DNA of 64,000 nucleotides. It comes from a virus. The translations under genes and the position numbers were made by a program. The stretch is taken from the IMG/VR virus record IMGVR_UViG_3300028416_000485; one strand, 5' to 3'. Position 1 is the first letter of the stretch. Every line of letters begins with the position of its first letter. Positions 17,742-27,259 of the stretch are shown here, in pieces. The notes below the pieces were generated by a model. That model had not been told where the DNA came from. It saw only the letters and a list, made by a program, of their open reading frames with translations, and did no database searches.

Positions 17742-19374
17742 CAAACTTTTCCTTTAACCAATCAAAATCATTGATAGCTTTTAATGCTTGGCTATCACCT
17801 TTGTTGCGAGTGCCGTAAGCTGTGCCTGCTTTGGCTCCTTGCAGTGCATCCTTTCCAAACGGAGTATCGGGTATCATATGCATACACCAAGTCCTCAAAC
17901 GTTCATTAGTTTCTTGACTTTTTTGTCTATCAATAATCTTACTCGATAGTTTTGCACATTCTCTAAATGCACTTTTCCACGCATTAAACGCATCAGTGTT
18001 AAATGCTGTAATATTTGAAACACTTGGCATAGCTACAAACTTATCACTAATACTTGTGGTCATATCAGGCTTACTAATATCCATGTTAAGTGTTTCGTGT
18101 CTTGGAAATAACTTAATACCGCCATACCCATAAACTAATCCGTTTACTGGATTTTTACTACGCCATACATGCACATGATTATATTGCCAAGCTGGAACTT
18201 GCCAATCAAAGTTAAAATCGTCAACAACTACAGCATCGCCATCAACTATATAAAGCATAGGTGTATTGCATACCTTTGCTGCTTCGATATGTGCCTGATG
18301 TATTCCTTTGACACCATGTACTCTATGTATTACTCTATCTGGAAATCTAGTTTTTAGATTTTCAAAGTTTTCATCTGCATTTGGTTCTTGATAACTAATA
18401 AAAACAATATCGTAAGGGTTAGGTGTACTTGCTTGTATATCTACTTCTTTTTTGTTAGCAATAAATTTAAAGTGCCATTCACGTTTACTGATTTTAGCAT
18501 ATTTACTGCAAAGTATAATACCATCATGAAACTTGCCATTTAGAAATACATGATTAATACGTCTATCAAAACTATTAGAATGTTCAAAATAATCATCAAA
18601 CATAAAATCTTTACAAACTGTTACCGTTGGGGGAATAATATAAAACATTTCAGTTGTACTAGTTTCTAATGCGTTTATATATTCTTCATATGTATCAACA
18701 ACATTAAATATATTGTACTTACCAGCAACACTTGTAACTATATCGTGTTCTTTTCGATTTACAGGAAATCTATATTCTACTTCTCGTTTACTTAACGGAA
18801 CGTGTTTGCTGCATAAAAATAAACCATTGTACAAATCTTCGCCGTCTACTTGATGTATAAATGCATGGTTTTGTTTTCTATCAATCTGTTCGTGATGTGA
18901 TATGTAGAACGTGTCAACAAACTCTGTATCAATACTAATATTAGCAGTACTCATCCAAAACATATCAGTTGTGCTAGTTTCTAATGCGTTTAAGTATTCT
19001 TTATATGTATCAATGTTGAATATATCATACGGAGCAGGCACACTTGCTTGTATATCTACTTCTTTTTTGTTAACAAAAAATCTATGCTGCAACTCTCTGT
19101 CTGATATTGTTGCATTTTTAGGTATTAGCGAAACACCATCATAAAACTCATTATTTTTAAATACATGAACATAATCAGTGCTCCATGCATCTGGTTCGTA
19201 ATCAAAGTTAAAATCATTGTTTATTACAATGTCAGGCCACACTACCCAGAACATTTTTGTAATACAAATACGCTTTGCATCTTCAAGAGTATCTGCATTT
19301 TTTAAAAGAGGAAATCTTTGTTTTACAGAGTTCCACTGTTTGTTTTTTTCGCCAATAAAGATTATATCATACAT
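17728..19374 (-). CDS. Glycosyltransferase-like protein (GT-A type) with three degenerate N-terminal domain copies
   Basis: C-terminal domain YDIVFISYQEPNA..HGVKG..AH..IVDGD (DxD)..GYGGIK..AWKSAFRE, paralogous to 24146..25069; three ~100-aa repeats precede it. Confidence 0.65.
   Translation of the reverse strand: MYDIIFIGEKNKQWNSVKQRFPLLKNADTLEDAKRICITKMFWVVWPDIVINNDFNFDYEPDAWSTDYVHVFKNNEFYDGVSLIPKNATISDRELQHRFFVNKKEVDIQASVPAPYDIFNIDTYKEYLNALETSTTDMFWMSTANISIDTEFVDTFYISHHEQIDRKQNHAFIHQVDGEDLYNGLFLCSKHVPLSKREVEYRFPVNRKEHDIVTSVAGKYNIFNVVDTYEEYINALETSTTEMFYIIPPTVTVCKDFMFDDYFEHSNSFDRRINHVFLNGKFHDGIILCSKYAKISKREWHFKFIANKKEVDIQASTPNPYDIVFISYQEPNADENFENLKTRFPDRVIHRVHGVKGIHQAHIEAAKVCNTPMLYIVDGDAVVVDDFNFDWQVPAWQYNHVHVWRSKNPVNGLVYGYGGIKLFPRHETLNMDISKPDMTTSISDKFVAMPSVSNITAFNTDAFNAWKSAFRECAKLSSKIIDRQKSQETNERLRTWCMHMIPDTPFGKDALQGAKAGTAYGTRNKGDSQALKAINDFDWLKEKFDGNI
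18427..19072. repeat. Exact 31-bp direct repeat (18427..18457 and 19042..19072)
   Basis: acttgcttgtatatctacttcttttttgtta at both positions, encoding NKKEVDIQAS. Confidence 0.85.
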
Positions 19375-19381
19375 ATAACTA

Positions 19382-19410
19382 GTTATAACATATTTTAATC
19401 AACAAGTCAA
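19382..19410 (-). promoter_or_regulatory. Sigma70-type promoter for the GT/MTase/rSAM operon
   Basis: TTGACT-N17-TATAAC; the -10 element is 7 nt from ATG 19374 and there is no SD. Confidence 0.7.
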
Positions 19411-19423
19411 GAACAGAATGTGA

Positions 19424-19429
19424 TAAATA
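19424..19429 (+). promoter_or_regulatory. Late promoter motif TAAATA
   Basis: GATAAATAC upstream of SD GAGGA and ATG 19453; the same motif precedes structural genes. Confidence 0.6.
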
Positions 19430-19452
19430 CTAGAGAAGAGGAACCAACAAAA

Positions 19453-20868
19453 ATGACCGATTTTATACCAGGTGAAGCATACCGACTAGATATTATTACA
19501 GCAGACGAAACAGTTATTGTTGATAGCTGGCAGGGACAGATTAAAGCCAGTGTTGTTGATGTTGACGGTATTATATTAGTTGATGTTGAAACTGGAAACT
19601 TGTATGGTTCTTTGATTGGAACCATTGAAGATACAGAAGGTAATACTATTTTATCTTCCACAGGCAATCTAACTGGTAGTGTTACTGGTAGTGTATACGA
19701 CGACAACGAGGGGTTAGCATTTGATGGTGATACTGGATTGGTTATTGCTGATGTTGTCGGAAACATTGTAGATAGCAATGGCGAAGCTATTGTTAATACT
19801 GGAGCAAGATCTATTAATGCCGACAGTATTACTGGATCGTTTTACGGTGAGCTTACAGGAAGTATAACTGCTGATAGTGTAATATACGGTACATTTAACG
19901 GTGACTTTAATGGTACTAGCTACGGAGATTTTTTCGGTGATACTACAGGTACACATACTGGTGAAGTAATAGGCGGAGTAACTGGAGACGTAACAGGCAA
20001 TGTTACAGGAAATCTTACTGGAGAGTTACTTGCTATACAGCCAGGCGATGATATTGCTACACGACTAACTGGACACAACAATACTGGTGGATACGATCAA
20101 TGGGAGTTTTACGGTGGACTTGCTCATCCTGTTTATCCTGAAGATGATGCAGTTGCAAGAGGTCCTATAGTTAATATTGGAGCAACTAGAGCTGACACAG
20201 AAGTAAGAGCCAACTTAAATCATTACGATGGCACACCGGTAATGAGATTGTCCCTGGAAAGCTCGCCAACTTACAAAGCTGATTTTATGGGAAGACTTGT
20301 TGGAGCAGTTGCATATGACACACAAGGCGAAGATGGATTTATTAATATTGTATCAGGTTCAAGCAATGGAACACTTATTAGTGGTGTAAATGATAAGGTA
20401 AACATTGGTAATGAAAATGACGAAGTAAATATTATTGCTGATAGTTTAAGTATACAAACTGACTCGATTGACTCTCTTGCACACAGAGGCGAAGGCAATT
20501 CTAAAACATCATTATTAAACAATGACGAACTATTAAGTATCGAAAGCTGGGGATACAACGGTACTGAATACAAACGTGGTGGGCTTTTTGGATTTAAAGT
20601 TGACGGGACACCGGCTGCAACTGGAAATACTATGCCGTCAAGTTTTGGTATACAACTAAGTTCAGCGTCTAATACACATGTTACAAATACAGAAAATAGA
20701 CTAGAGTTCAACAACAAGGGCGTATTAGAAGTTCCAGTATTTAAAGCTAGAGGTACTACATTTGCTGACAGAGATAGTATGACAGCAGAAGCAGGTATGA
20801 TATTGTTTAACACTAGTAATAACAAGTTCCAAGGATATACCGGAACAACATGGGTTGACTTACACTAA
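19453..20868 (+). CDS. Fibre-like virion structural protein
   Basis: G-x-x-x repeats (GDVTGNVTGNLTG); C-terminal GMILFNTSNNKFQGYTGTTW module typical of phage fibre proteins; late motif upstream. Confidence 0.6.
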   Translation: MTDFIPGEAYRLDIITADETVIVDSWQGQIKASVVDVDGIILVDVETGNLYGSLIGTIEDTEGNTILSSTGNLTGSVTGSVYDDNEGLAFDGDTGLVIADVVGNIVDSNGEAIVNTGARSINADSITGSFYGELTGSITADSVIYGTFNGDFNGTSYGDFFGDTTGTHTGEVIGGVTGDVTGNVTGNLTGELLAIQPGDDIATRLTGHNNTGGYDQWEFYGGLAHPVYPEDDAVARGPIVNIGATRADTEVRANLNHYDGTPVMRLSLESSPTYKADFMGRLVGAVAYDTQGEDGFINIVSGSSNGTLISGVNDKVNIGNENDEVNIIADSLSIQTDSIDSLAHRGEGNSKTSLLNNDELLSIESWGYNGTEYKRGGLFGFKVDGTPAATGNTMPSSFGIQLSSASNTHVTNTENRLEFNNKGVLEVPVFKARGTTFADRDSMTAEAGMILFNTSNNKFQGYTGTTWVDLH

Positions 20869-20883
20869 AAAATATGCTATAAT
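20855..20883 (+). promoter_or_regulatory. Sigma70-type promoter
   Basis: TTGACT-N17-TATAAT with extended -10 TG; SD AGGAG before ATG 20921. Confidence 0.75.
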
Positions 20884-20920
20884 GATAACATATTAAAAAG
20901 TCTTCAAAGGAGAGTAAAGT

Positions 20921-21139
20921 ATGTTATTTGATTGGAAACATTTAAAAAAAGCAAATACTAACTATTTTACACATTGTTTTATAGCAATATGTTATAGTTT
21001 TTTGGGACTTGGTATTTTTATAATGGGCATATTACACGCATTTTTTCCTTTTATGTTTGGATTTACACCTTACAAGATTGCTAAAAAAATCACCGACGGT
21101 ACTGAAAAAAACTTTCCTGCTTGTATCAACGAGAAATAA
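20921..21139 (+). CDS. Small membrane protein (DUF6356-like)
   Basis: HL....NYFTH followed by a hydrophobic helix and LHAFFPF; strong SD. Confidence 0.55.
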   Translation: MLFDWKHLKKANTNYFTHCFIAICYSFLGLGIFIMGILHAFFPFMFGFTPYKIAKKITDGTEKNFPACINEK

Positions 21140-22201
21140 ATGAAAATTTTTATAGACGGTGAACAAATATCCGAACAATGGATAAGCGATTACACACTAA
21201 GTAATCCTGTGAATTGTTACAGTAACAACCCAGACTGGGAACAGAACGTTCTTAAACTATTACACAACTGGTATTGGCAAAATGGATATAGCTATGGCTA
21301 TAGAGGTGATCAGTTTCTTAATCTAAGTACTAGCGGTACAACTGGATTTCCGCAGGACATTGGACATACCAAAGAAACCATAGAACAAGTTGTAGATGCA
21401 AATATTAAAACACTAGGGTTAGATAAAAATAGTAAAATACTCAGTTACTATTCTCCTCGCGGTATTGCGTTTAGTGTGCTAAGTGTATACCTTGCATTAA
21501 AACTAGATTGCGAACTATACATCGAAACATTCAAAGGCATTGACTATGTAAATCGTGTACACGAAATACGTCCGACACATACATTATTATTACCCAATGT
21601 TTGGAAAGTATTACACAAACACGATAGATGGAAGACACTAGATTATAGTAGTTTAGAAACTGTTATTACAGGAAGTGATTTTACACCAACAGGTATGCTG
21701 GACGAGCTACGTGAGCATAATCCAGGAAAAGTATACAATGTATACGGTAGTACTGAAGTACCTCCTATGGTGTTGTACAGCGAAGAAGAAAATACATATA
21801 CTATAGATAGTATTACTCCGGGTGCAGAAGTTGATATTGTAAACGGGCAGATTGCTTGCAAATGGAGTAGTCAATCTAACATATGGATTAGTGGTGACTG
21901 TGTTAACGGTGACAGAAATAGATTTACAATTAACGGACGCAAACACAATATGTTTAAACAAAATACTATCAGAGTATACCCTGAACAAATAGAAAAAGCG
22001 GCCGTTGCAGCTGGTGCAGAACTTGCATTATGCCAACAAATTAAAAATCAGTGTATATTATATTATACAGGCAATATAAAAGATATGGCAAATTTTGTAG
22101 AACAACATCGATATATTCCAAGATTTAGACTTCGGGCAGTAGATAAAATAGAAGTAGATAATAATCTAAAAAAGATTATAAGGACGCAAACATTTGTATA
22201 A
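21140..22201 (+). CDS. Short adenylate-forming (ANL/AMP-binding) enzyme
   Basis: TSGTTGFP (A3 P-loop), YGSTE (A5), SGD (A7), GRK..MFK (A8), C-terminal KK (A10). Confidence 0.8.
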   Translation: MKIFIDGEQISEQWISDYTLSNPVNCYSNNPDWEQNVLKLLHNWYWQNGYSYGYRGDQFLNLSTSGTTGFPQDIGHTKETIEQVVDANIKTLGLDKNSKILSYYSPRGIAFSVLSVYLALKLDCELYIETFKGIDYVNRVHEIRPTHTLLLPNVWKVLHKHDRWKTLDYSSLETVITGSDFTPTGMLDELREHNPGKVYNVYGSTEVPPMVLYSEEENTYTIDSITPGAEVDIVNGQIACKWSSQSNIWISGDCVNGDRNRFTINGRKHNMFKQNTIRVYPEQIEKAAVAAGAELALCQQIKNQCILYYTGNIKDMANFVEQHRYIPRFRLRAVDKIEVDNNLKKIIRTQTFV

Positions 22202-22808
22202 ACTAGAAATGTATAATGGTACACAAGATCTAACAGATTTTTATAAAGGTGCTGCTGCTAAAGGGTTTTATAACAATCATAATAAAACTGTGTTAATAGA
22301 TTATATTAACAAACACGAAAATGCAAACTTATTTTTATTATACTATGGAGATAATATTGTAGGCACTAGTGTGAGCCATAGTTTGCAACAGTTAGGCATA
22401 CTAGGAAAAAATGCACATAGAATAAGTGCTAGAACATGTGTATTAAATGATATAGTTGACGGGGAACGTGCCCATGCTGTACACAACTATCGACACTCTC
22501 CTATGAATCATTGGACTAGTCAAATGCTTACGCCTGTGTGTATGCACTATGTTGGATTAGAAAATCCTCAATATATTAGTACAAATACATTAGAAACTGG
22601 AAGTCAAAGTAAAGTACATCGCATATGGTCAAAGATTATGCACAACCAAGGATATTTAAAAGATCCTATAGAGTTAGAGTACAAAGGAACATTTCAAACA
22701 TTTTGGAAAGTTGACGTTGATTTTTATATGAAAAAACTAGAAGAAAATATGTGGCCTGAAACTAAACAAGCACTAGACGTATTTCTTACAAAGTTCAAAA
22801 AAGTCTGA
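22194..22808 (+). CDS. Putative GNAT-fold acyltransferase
   Basis: LFLLYYGDNIVG beta-hairpin then RISARTCV; coupled to the ANL gene. Fold call is weak. Confidence 0.4.
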   Translation: MYKLEMYNGTQDLTDFYKGAAAKGFYNNHNKTVLIDYINKHENANLFLLYYGDNIVGTSVSHSLQQLGILGKNAHRISARTCVLNDIVDGERAHAVHNYRHSPMNHWTSQMLTPVCMHYVGLENPQYISTNTLETGSQSKVHRIWSKIMHNQGYLKDPIELEYKGTFQTFWKVDVDFYMKKLEENMWPETKQALDVFLTKFKKV

Positions 22809-24146
22809 CATCTCTGGAAACACTTGTTCGTGATCAACATTACGTCTACGCCCTTGTTCTTCAAAGAAGTTGTGGAAGTCTCTACGTCCTTGAATAACTT
22901 TATCTAGTGGATATTCTGTAGATTCCATGTAATCAACTACACGACGAAACTTTTCATACTCGATAGTGCTAAATGCATCCTTGCGATTATCATCTGTGTT
23001 CTCTTTGATAAACTGCAAATGGTCGTGCATATAACTCATGTAGTTTTTAGGCAGGATATTGATATCATACTGTAGAGGTTCTTTGAGATGCGGAGTATCA
23101 AACCCTAGTCGTTGCCATCTGTGCGTTTCTACATCATTGTATTTTTTACGCCATTCAAGAATCTTTTCAAGCAATGTGCGGAATGTAGTGACACTGAAAA
23201 TATTAAATGTAATCATAATAACCATTGGTGCTTCACAGTTGCGCATAAAGTAATCTAAGTTGCGTTCAAACACTTCAATGTCTAACCCATCACGAATATA
23301 CTCTGCACGTTTGCCCCAAGTGTCAATACTTGTAAACATTTTAAAACGTCTAATCTTGTTGTTTGTCAACAAGTCATTCACACGGTTTGTAAACTTTTCC
23401 AACTGCTTTGGCTTGCCACCTAAGTTGCTGTTGCAGTTTAGTTCTAACTCTGGTTTAGGATCTGCATCCAGCATATCAAACAACTTGTATGTGCTTTGTT
23501 GTATTGTAGGCTCACCGCCTGTAATACGCAAAATATGCAAGTCCTTACTAAGCTCTGGCCACCATTTCCAAAATGCATCTAAATACGGATTGCTTTGTTC
23601 TTCAAATATTTCAAACCAGTCAATATCGCATCTGTGATTCTTTACGTTTGTATAAGGACCGTGTTGCTTGATCTCTTGATGATATCTACTGCTGGCTTTT
23701 GGATGACAATATCCACAACGGAAGTTGCACTCATTACCAAACGAAACTTCCAAGTATTCTGGATTAACATCAAACTCAGCACCGCCTTCTTTGACAGCTT
23801 TCAAGCGTTCTTTGAAAAAGATAGTTTGATTGCGTTGTTTTCTATCACTAACATAGTCTTTGCCCATTGCTTCAATCTTCCAGCAATAGTTGCATCCACT
23901 AGGTTGTTCACCTTTCATCATAGCAGCACGTTCTGCTTTCTTTTGTGCTGTATTGTGTATAGCACTAGGATTCTCTAATAGCGGTGCTGCGTCAATCTTG
24001 TGAGGAGCAGGATGATAACAACTATGTGTTTCACCTGTCTGAAAATAGATGTTTGCATGATACCACTTGGCAAAGCAAAACGTAGGAGATATTTCCTGCG
24101 TAATCTTATCGATACGCTTGATTTCTTCGCTTTCGCTGCGTTCCAT
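22773..24146 (-). CDS. Radical SAM protein, class A
   Basis: CNFRCGYC, TGGEP; N-terminal FCFAKW..SCYH..CNYC. Confidence 0.92.
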   Translation of the reverse strand: MERSESEEIKRIDKITQEISPTFCFAKWYHANIYFQTGETHSCYHPAPHKIDAAPLLENPSAIHNTAQKKAERAAMMKGEQPSGCNYCWKIEAMGKDYVSDRKQRNQTIFFKERLKAVKEGGAEFDVNPEYLEVSFGNECNFRCGYCHPKASSRYHQEIKQHGPYTNVKNHRCDIDWFEIFEEQSNPYLDAFWKWWPELSKDLHILRITGGEPTIQQSTYKLFDMLDADPKPELELNCNSNLGGKPKQLEKFTNRVNDLLTNNKIRRFKMFTSIDTWGKRAEYIRDGLDIEVFERNLDYFMRNCEAPMVIMITFNIFSVTTFRTLLEKILEWRKKYNDVETHRWQRLGFDTPHLKEPLQYDINILPKNYMSYMHDHLQFIKENTDDNRKDAFSTIEYEKFRRVVDYMESTEYPLDKVIQGRRDFHNFFEEQGRRRNVDHEQVFPEMSDFFELCKKYV

Positions 24147-25069
24147 TATTGTTCTCTATCTAAGAATTGTTTGCTGTTATCACGTGCCGGATTTTTGTAT
24201 ACTGTTTTAAAAAATAGACTTTGATTTCCATCAAGTGGTTCAGCAGCAATAGGCAACTCAAGTTCGTCTATCAGTGAATACCCAAGTCCAACAGTTTCTA
24301 TTTCCATATGGTCTTCATCCATATCTTTGCTATCCCAATACTCATTGAGCCAATCAAAATCACGTACATTTACAAAGTCCCAGTCTGTACACATTGTCTT
24401 GTACAATCCTTCTCGTGCGCCGTAGATAGCCCAACGGCCGTTCTCAACATCTGCACCAATCATTAGCCAGATGTACAAACGGTGCAAGTTCTTCCAGTGA
24501 TTTTTATGAAAGTCCTCTACACTAACACGCATGCCTTGATCCAGTGCCATTTTAACACCTTCTCTAAATCCAGCACGCCATGCTTGATGCGGTGTAGCAT
24601 TATTCATAATAGTACTGTATGTACCATTCATTTGTATGTACTGTGTATCCCAACAGAAATCTACTTGTGCATGTGGATTATCGTTGGGTGCATTTTCGTG
24701 TGTACGCATGTTTAATACATGTTGTTTGGGCCAGCACTTAATGCCGCCATTTCCGTATGTAAGATTATTGATACTATTAAGTGCAGTCCAACTAATAACT
24801 TTATTAGTCAAATCTGTATTTTCATCAAAGTCCATTGTTTGCGACAAAAACTTTTCATCAATAATATTGTCGCCGTCTATTGTAATAAACCTATCAGTAG
24901 TTGATTTGTTAGCGGCTGCTTTGTGTGCGCTATCACTGCCTTTTACACCATGCACACGCTCTGCCCACGGAACTTTCTTACACAAGTCTGCATAGTTTTG
25001 TTCTGCATTAGGCTCGTCGTATGACAAATATATAATATCGCAATCAATAACTCTAAATGTGTTAGCCAT
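24146..25069 (-). CDS. Glycosyltransferase-like protein (GT-A type)
   Basis: DIIYLSYDEPNA..HGVKG..AH..TIDGD (DxD)..GNGGIK..AWRAGFRE. Confidence 0.65.
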   Translation of the reverse strand: MANTFRVIDCDIIYLSYDEPNAEQNYADLCKKVPWAERVHGVKGSDSAHKAAANKSTTDRFITIDGDNIIDEKFLSQTMDFDENTDLTNKVISWTALNSINNLTYGNGGIKCWPKQHVLNMRTHENAPNDNPHAQVDFCWDTQYIQMNGTYSTIMNNATPHQAWRAGFREGVKMALDQGMRVSVEDFHKNHWKNLHRLYIWLMIGADVENGRWAIYGAREGLYKTMCTDWDFVNVRDFDWLNEYWDSKDMDEDHMEIETVGLGYSLIDELELPIAAEPLDGNQSLFFKTVYKNPARDNSKQFLDREQ

Positions 25070-25604
25070 TTATTTCCTCATAATGATAAGTATCAAACCT
25101 ACGCATAGTATATACTGAAACTTCTTCGTTGTCAAACTCAAAATCATTTTCAAACGCTACTTCATCTCCGTTATTAAAACGTATTAATCGATACAATACA
25201 TTTGGGTCATCTTTTTTTGTTATACTAAAGTAGTAGTTTGAAAGATCGATTGTAACTTTTTTATCATTTAAATCTTCTATAAAACCAGGATCAGCAGATA
25301 TTTTCCAAACATGTTTTACATTATCTTTAGTTAATACTATTTGTTTGTTATTAGGTACAGTTCTAGGAATCTGATATAGAAAACACCACATCAGCTTGTC
25401 CTCGTCGACTTGTGTCTGGTTTTTAATATAATATTTTTTATCTATAAAATCATATTCAACCTTGTAGTCTAATAAACTCCAATGTCCTTCTATAAACTTC
25501 TTAACATCTTCAAAGTCGCACTCAAGAAACTTAAATCTGTCATCAGATTCTTTTGAGATTTTATAAATATTTCCATCGTCATCAAAACATACAAATCGTT
25601 TCAT
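25062..25604 (-). CDS. Hypothetical protein
   Basis: 180-aa ORF coupled within the GT operon. Confidence 0.7.
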   Translation of the reverse strand: MKRFVCFDDDGNIYKISKESDDRFKFLECDFEDVKKFIEGHWSLLDYKVEYDFIDKKYYIKNQTQVDEDKLMWCFLYQIPRTVPNNKQIVLTKDNVKHVWKISADPGFIEDLNDKKVTIDLSNYYFSITKKDDPNVLYRLIRFNNGDEVAFENDFEFDNEEVSVYTMRRFDTYHYEEING

Positions 25605-25605
25605 A

Positions 25606-26448
25606 TTATATTCCTAAACATTTTTCATATTTTTTCATTAAACTATTATTTAAGAAATCTTTTTCAGTGTAATGAAAAATGCCCGATTGCTGATGATTTC
25701 CTATTTTTAGCCTCATATCACTGTCAAAATAAACACCAACTCTATCTTGCCAACGATATGCAAAGTTAATGTCCCAACCTTGAATCTTTGGTTTCATATG
25801 TGTAAATGTAGGATTCTTAACTTTATTGTTTGTAATCAAATGTTCAATGTCCATTATTTTACAAGCAACTGCTGCGCTAACATCCATGCTTGGACGCAAT
25901 GCAAACTTTTTTCCAGAACTAGCTGATTTATAAAACTGTTCCCAGTTGTTTGTTATCATTTCAAGCCAAGTATAAAACTCATGTGCTAAGTCAGATTTCT
26001 TAAACCAATGGAGACCACTATACAAGTTTGGAAGATTGTATTTTTTGAACGCTTTACGATAATAGTTGTCATCTACTAGTTCTCCACGGTATGTATACAC
26101 ATTGCTAGTGTAAAATAAATCATAGTTTCTTAAGAAATCAAACCAACTACTAATGTCTTCAAGTATTAACATATCTGTATCTATCACCGCAGTTTCGTTA
26201 TACGGAATAGCATGATATATTTTCCAACGATTGCTGATTTTCCAATCTTCATCCTTGGCATGATCTCCCCACGGTATTTCAACGATATGATCAAACAAAT
26301 GTTTGTATTTTGTAGGCACACTTTCATTAGTGATAAGACAAATACTAACATCTTTGTTTGTAGCATGAATACTCATTGCTGCTAAACATGCTTGTCTAAC
26401 ATAATCAAAACCACTGTTTTGTGCCAGCATTGTAAAGTTATTGGTCAA
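25606..26448 (-). CDS. Glycosyltransferase (GT8/mannosyltransferase-like, GT-A)
   Basis: Y...A...AMSI, PY.ET..IDTD (DxD), SG..WFKK, FTHMK. Confidence 0.7.
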   Translation of the reverse strand: MTNNFTMLAQNSGFDYVRQACLAAMSIHATNKDVSICLITNESVPTKYKHLFDHIVEIPWGDHAKDEDWKISNRWKIYHAIPYNETAVIDTDMLILEDISSWFDFLRNYDLFYTSNVYTYRGELVDDNYYRKAFKKYNLPNLYSGLHWFKKSDLAHEFYTWLEMITNNWEQFYKSASSGKKFALRPSMDVSAAVACKIMDIEHLITNNKVKNPTFTHMKPKIQGWDINFAYRWQDRVGVYFDSDMRLKIGNHQQSGIFHYTEKDFLNNSLMKKYEKCLGI

Positions 26449-27259
26449 TAATTCTCTCCAAACTAAACTTGTTCATCACATGACAGTTACTACCTTTGAG
26501 ATTTACAGCAGTGTATTCTCCAAGTCTTTTATTTTTTTGTACTAGTATTTTTATTTCATCGTCTTTAATCCCAACAGCTACGTCTTTGTCTGTTGCATAA
26601 AACTTTGTTCCTGGCAAACTTCCAACAAAGTTTCCTGTTTGATATCCATTCATAATATGTACTGCAATACTAAAAGCAAAATCGTTTCTATATACACTTG
26701 TTTTAAACTGATACATATTACGATAGTGTATATAGTTTTCTTCAATGTGCTTGATCAAATCAAAGAACATTTTGTTTTCATCTGTTTTTCTAAAAAAGAT
26801 TACAGTAGCCCAATAAAAATCTACACTAGTATCACTTACTTTTTCAAACTCGGGTACTATTCTATGCATTCCAACATGAGTAGCATCCTTGTATAGCAAA
26901 AGATCTTTTTGCTGTACAAAGCAGTTGTTTAGTAAATCATTGCTAATGATATAATCAGTATCCATTACAATAGTAGAATCGTAAGGAGTTAACTCATATG
27001 CAGATGCTCTGTTTTTATTATTAAACTTTAATGTTTTATCACTAAAATCGCCATCGGCATATCGTTTACTAGTACTATTTTTAGTCATGTCATCGGAGTG
27101 AATAACATAATCAAATACATCAGATTCGATATCTATATCTGTAACAATCGAAGTGGGCAAGTCCATATACTTGCGTATGCGTTTAGCAAGGAAAATAGCT
27201 TGCTTTACATAATCAACTGATTTATTATTACTTGCGAATAACAATACACCCTTTGTCAT
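26438..27259 (-). CDS. Glycosyltransferase (GT8-like, GT-A), paralogue of the downstream gene
   Basis: YVKQA..LAKRI, TPYDSTIVMDTD (DxD), RNDFAFSIA, HVMNK. Confidence 0.7.
   Translation of the reverse strand: MTKGVLLFASNNKSVDYVKQAIFLAKRIRKYMDLPTSIVTDIDIESDVFDYVIHSDDMTKNSTSKRYADGDFSDKTLKFNNKNRASAYELTPYDSTIVMDTDYIISNDLLNNCFVQQKDLLLYKDATHVGMHRIVPEFEKVSDTSVDFYWATVIFFRKTDENKMFFDLIKHIEENYIHYRNMYQFKTSVYRNDFAFSIAVHIMNGYQTGNFVGSLPGTKFYATDKDVAVGIKDDEIKILVQKNKRLGEYTAVNLKGSNCHVMNKFSLERIIDQ

Noticed and set aside
18427-19072. 31-bp repeat as a DGR template/variable pair or CRISPR repeat
   Set aside because: Only two identical in-frame copies inside a repeated protein domain; no adenine-specific mismatches, reverse transcriptase, spacers or cas genes.
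1-19374. Classical RiPP biosynthetic cluster
   Set aside because: No clear precursor with leader/core, no RRE/PqqD domain, protease or transporter seen; the glycosyltransferase context fits better.
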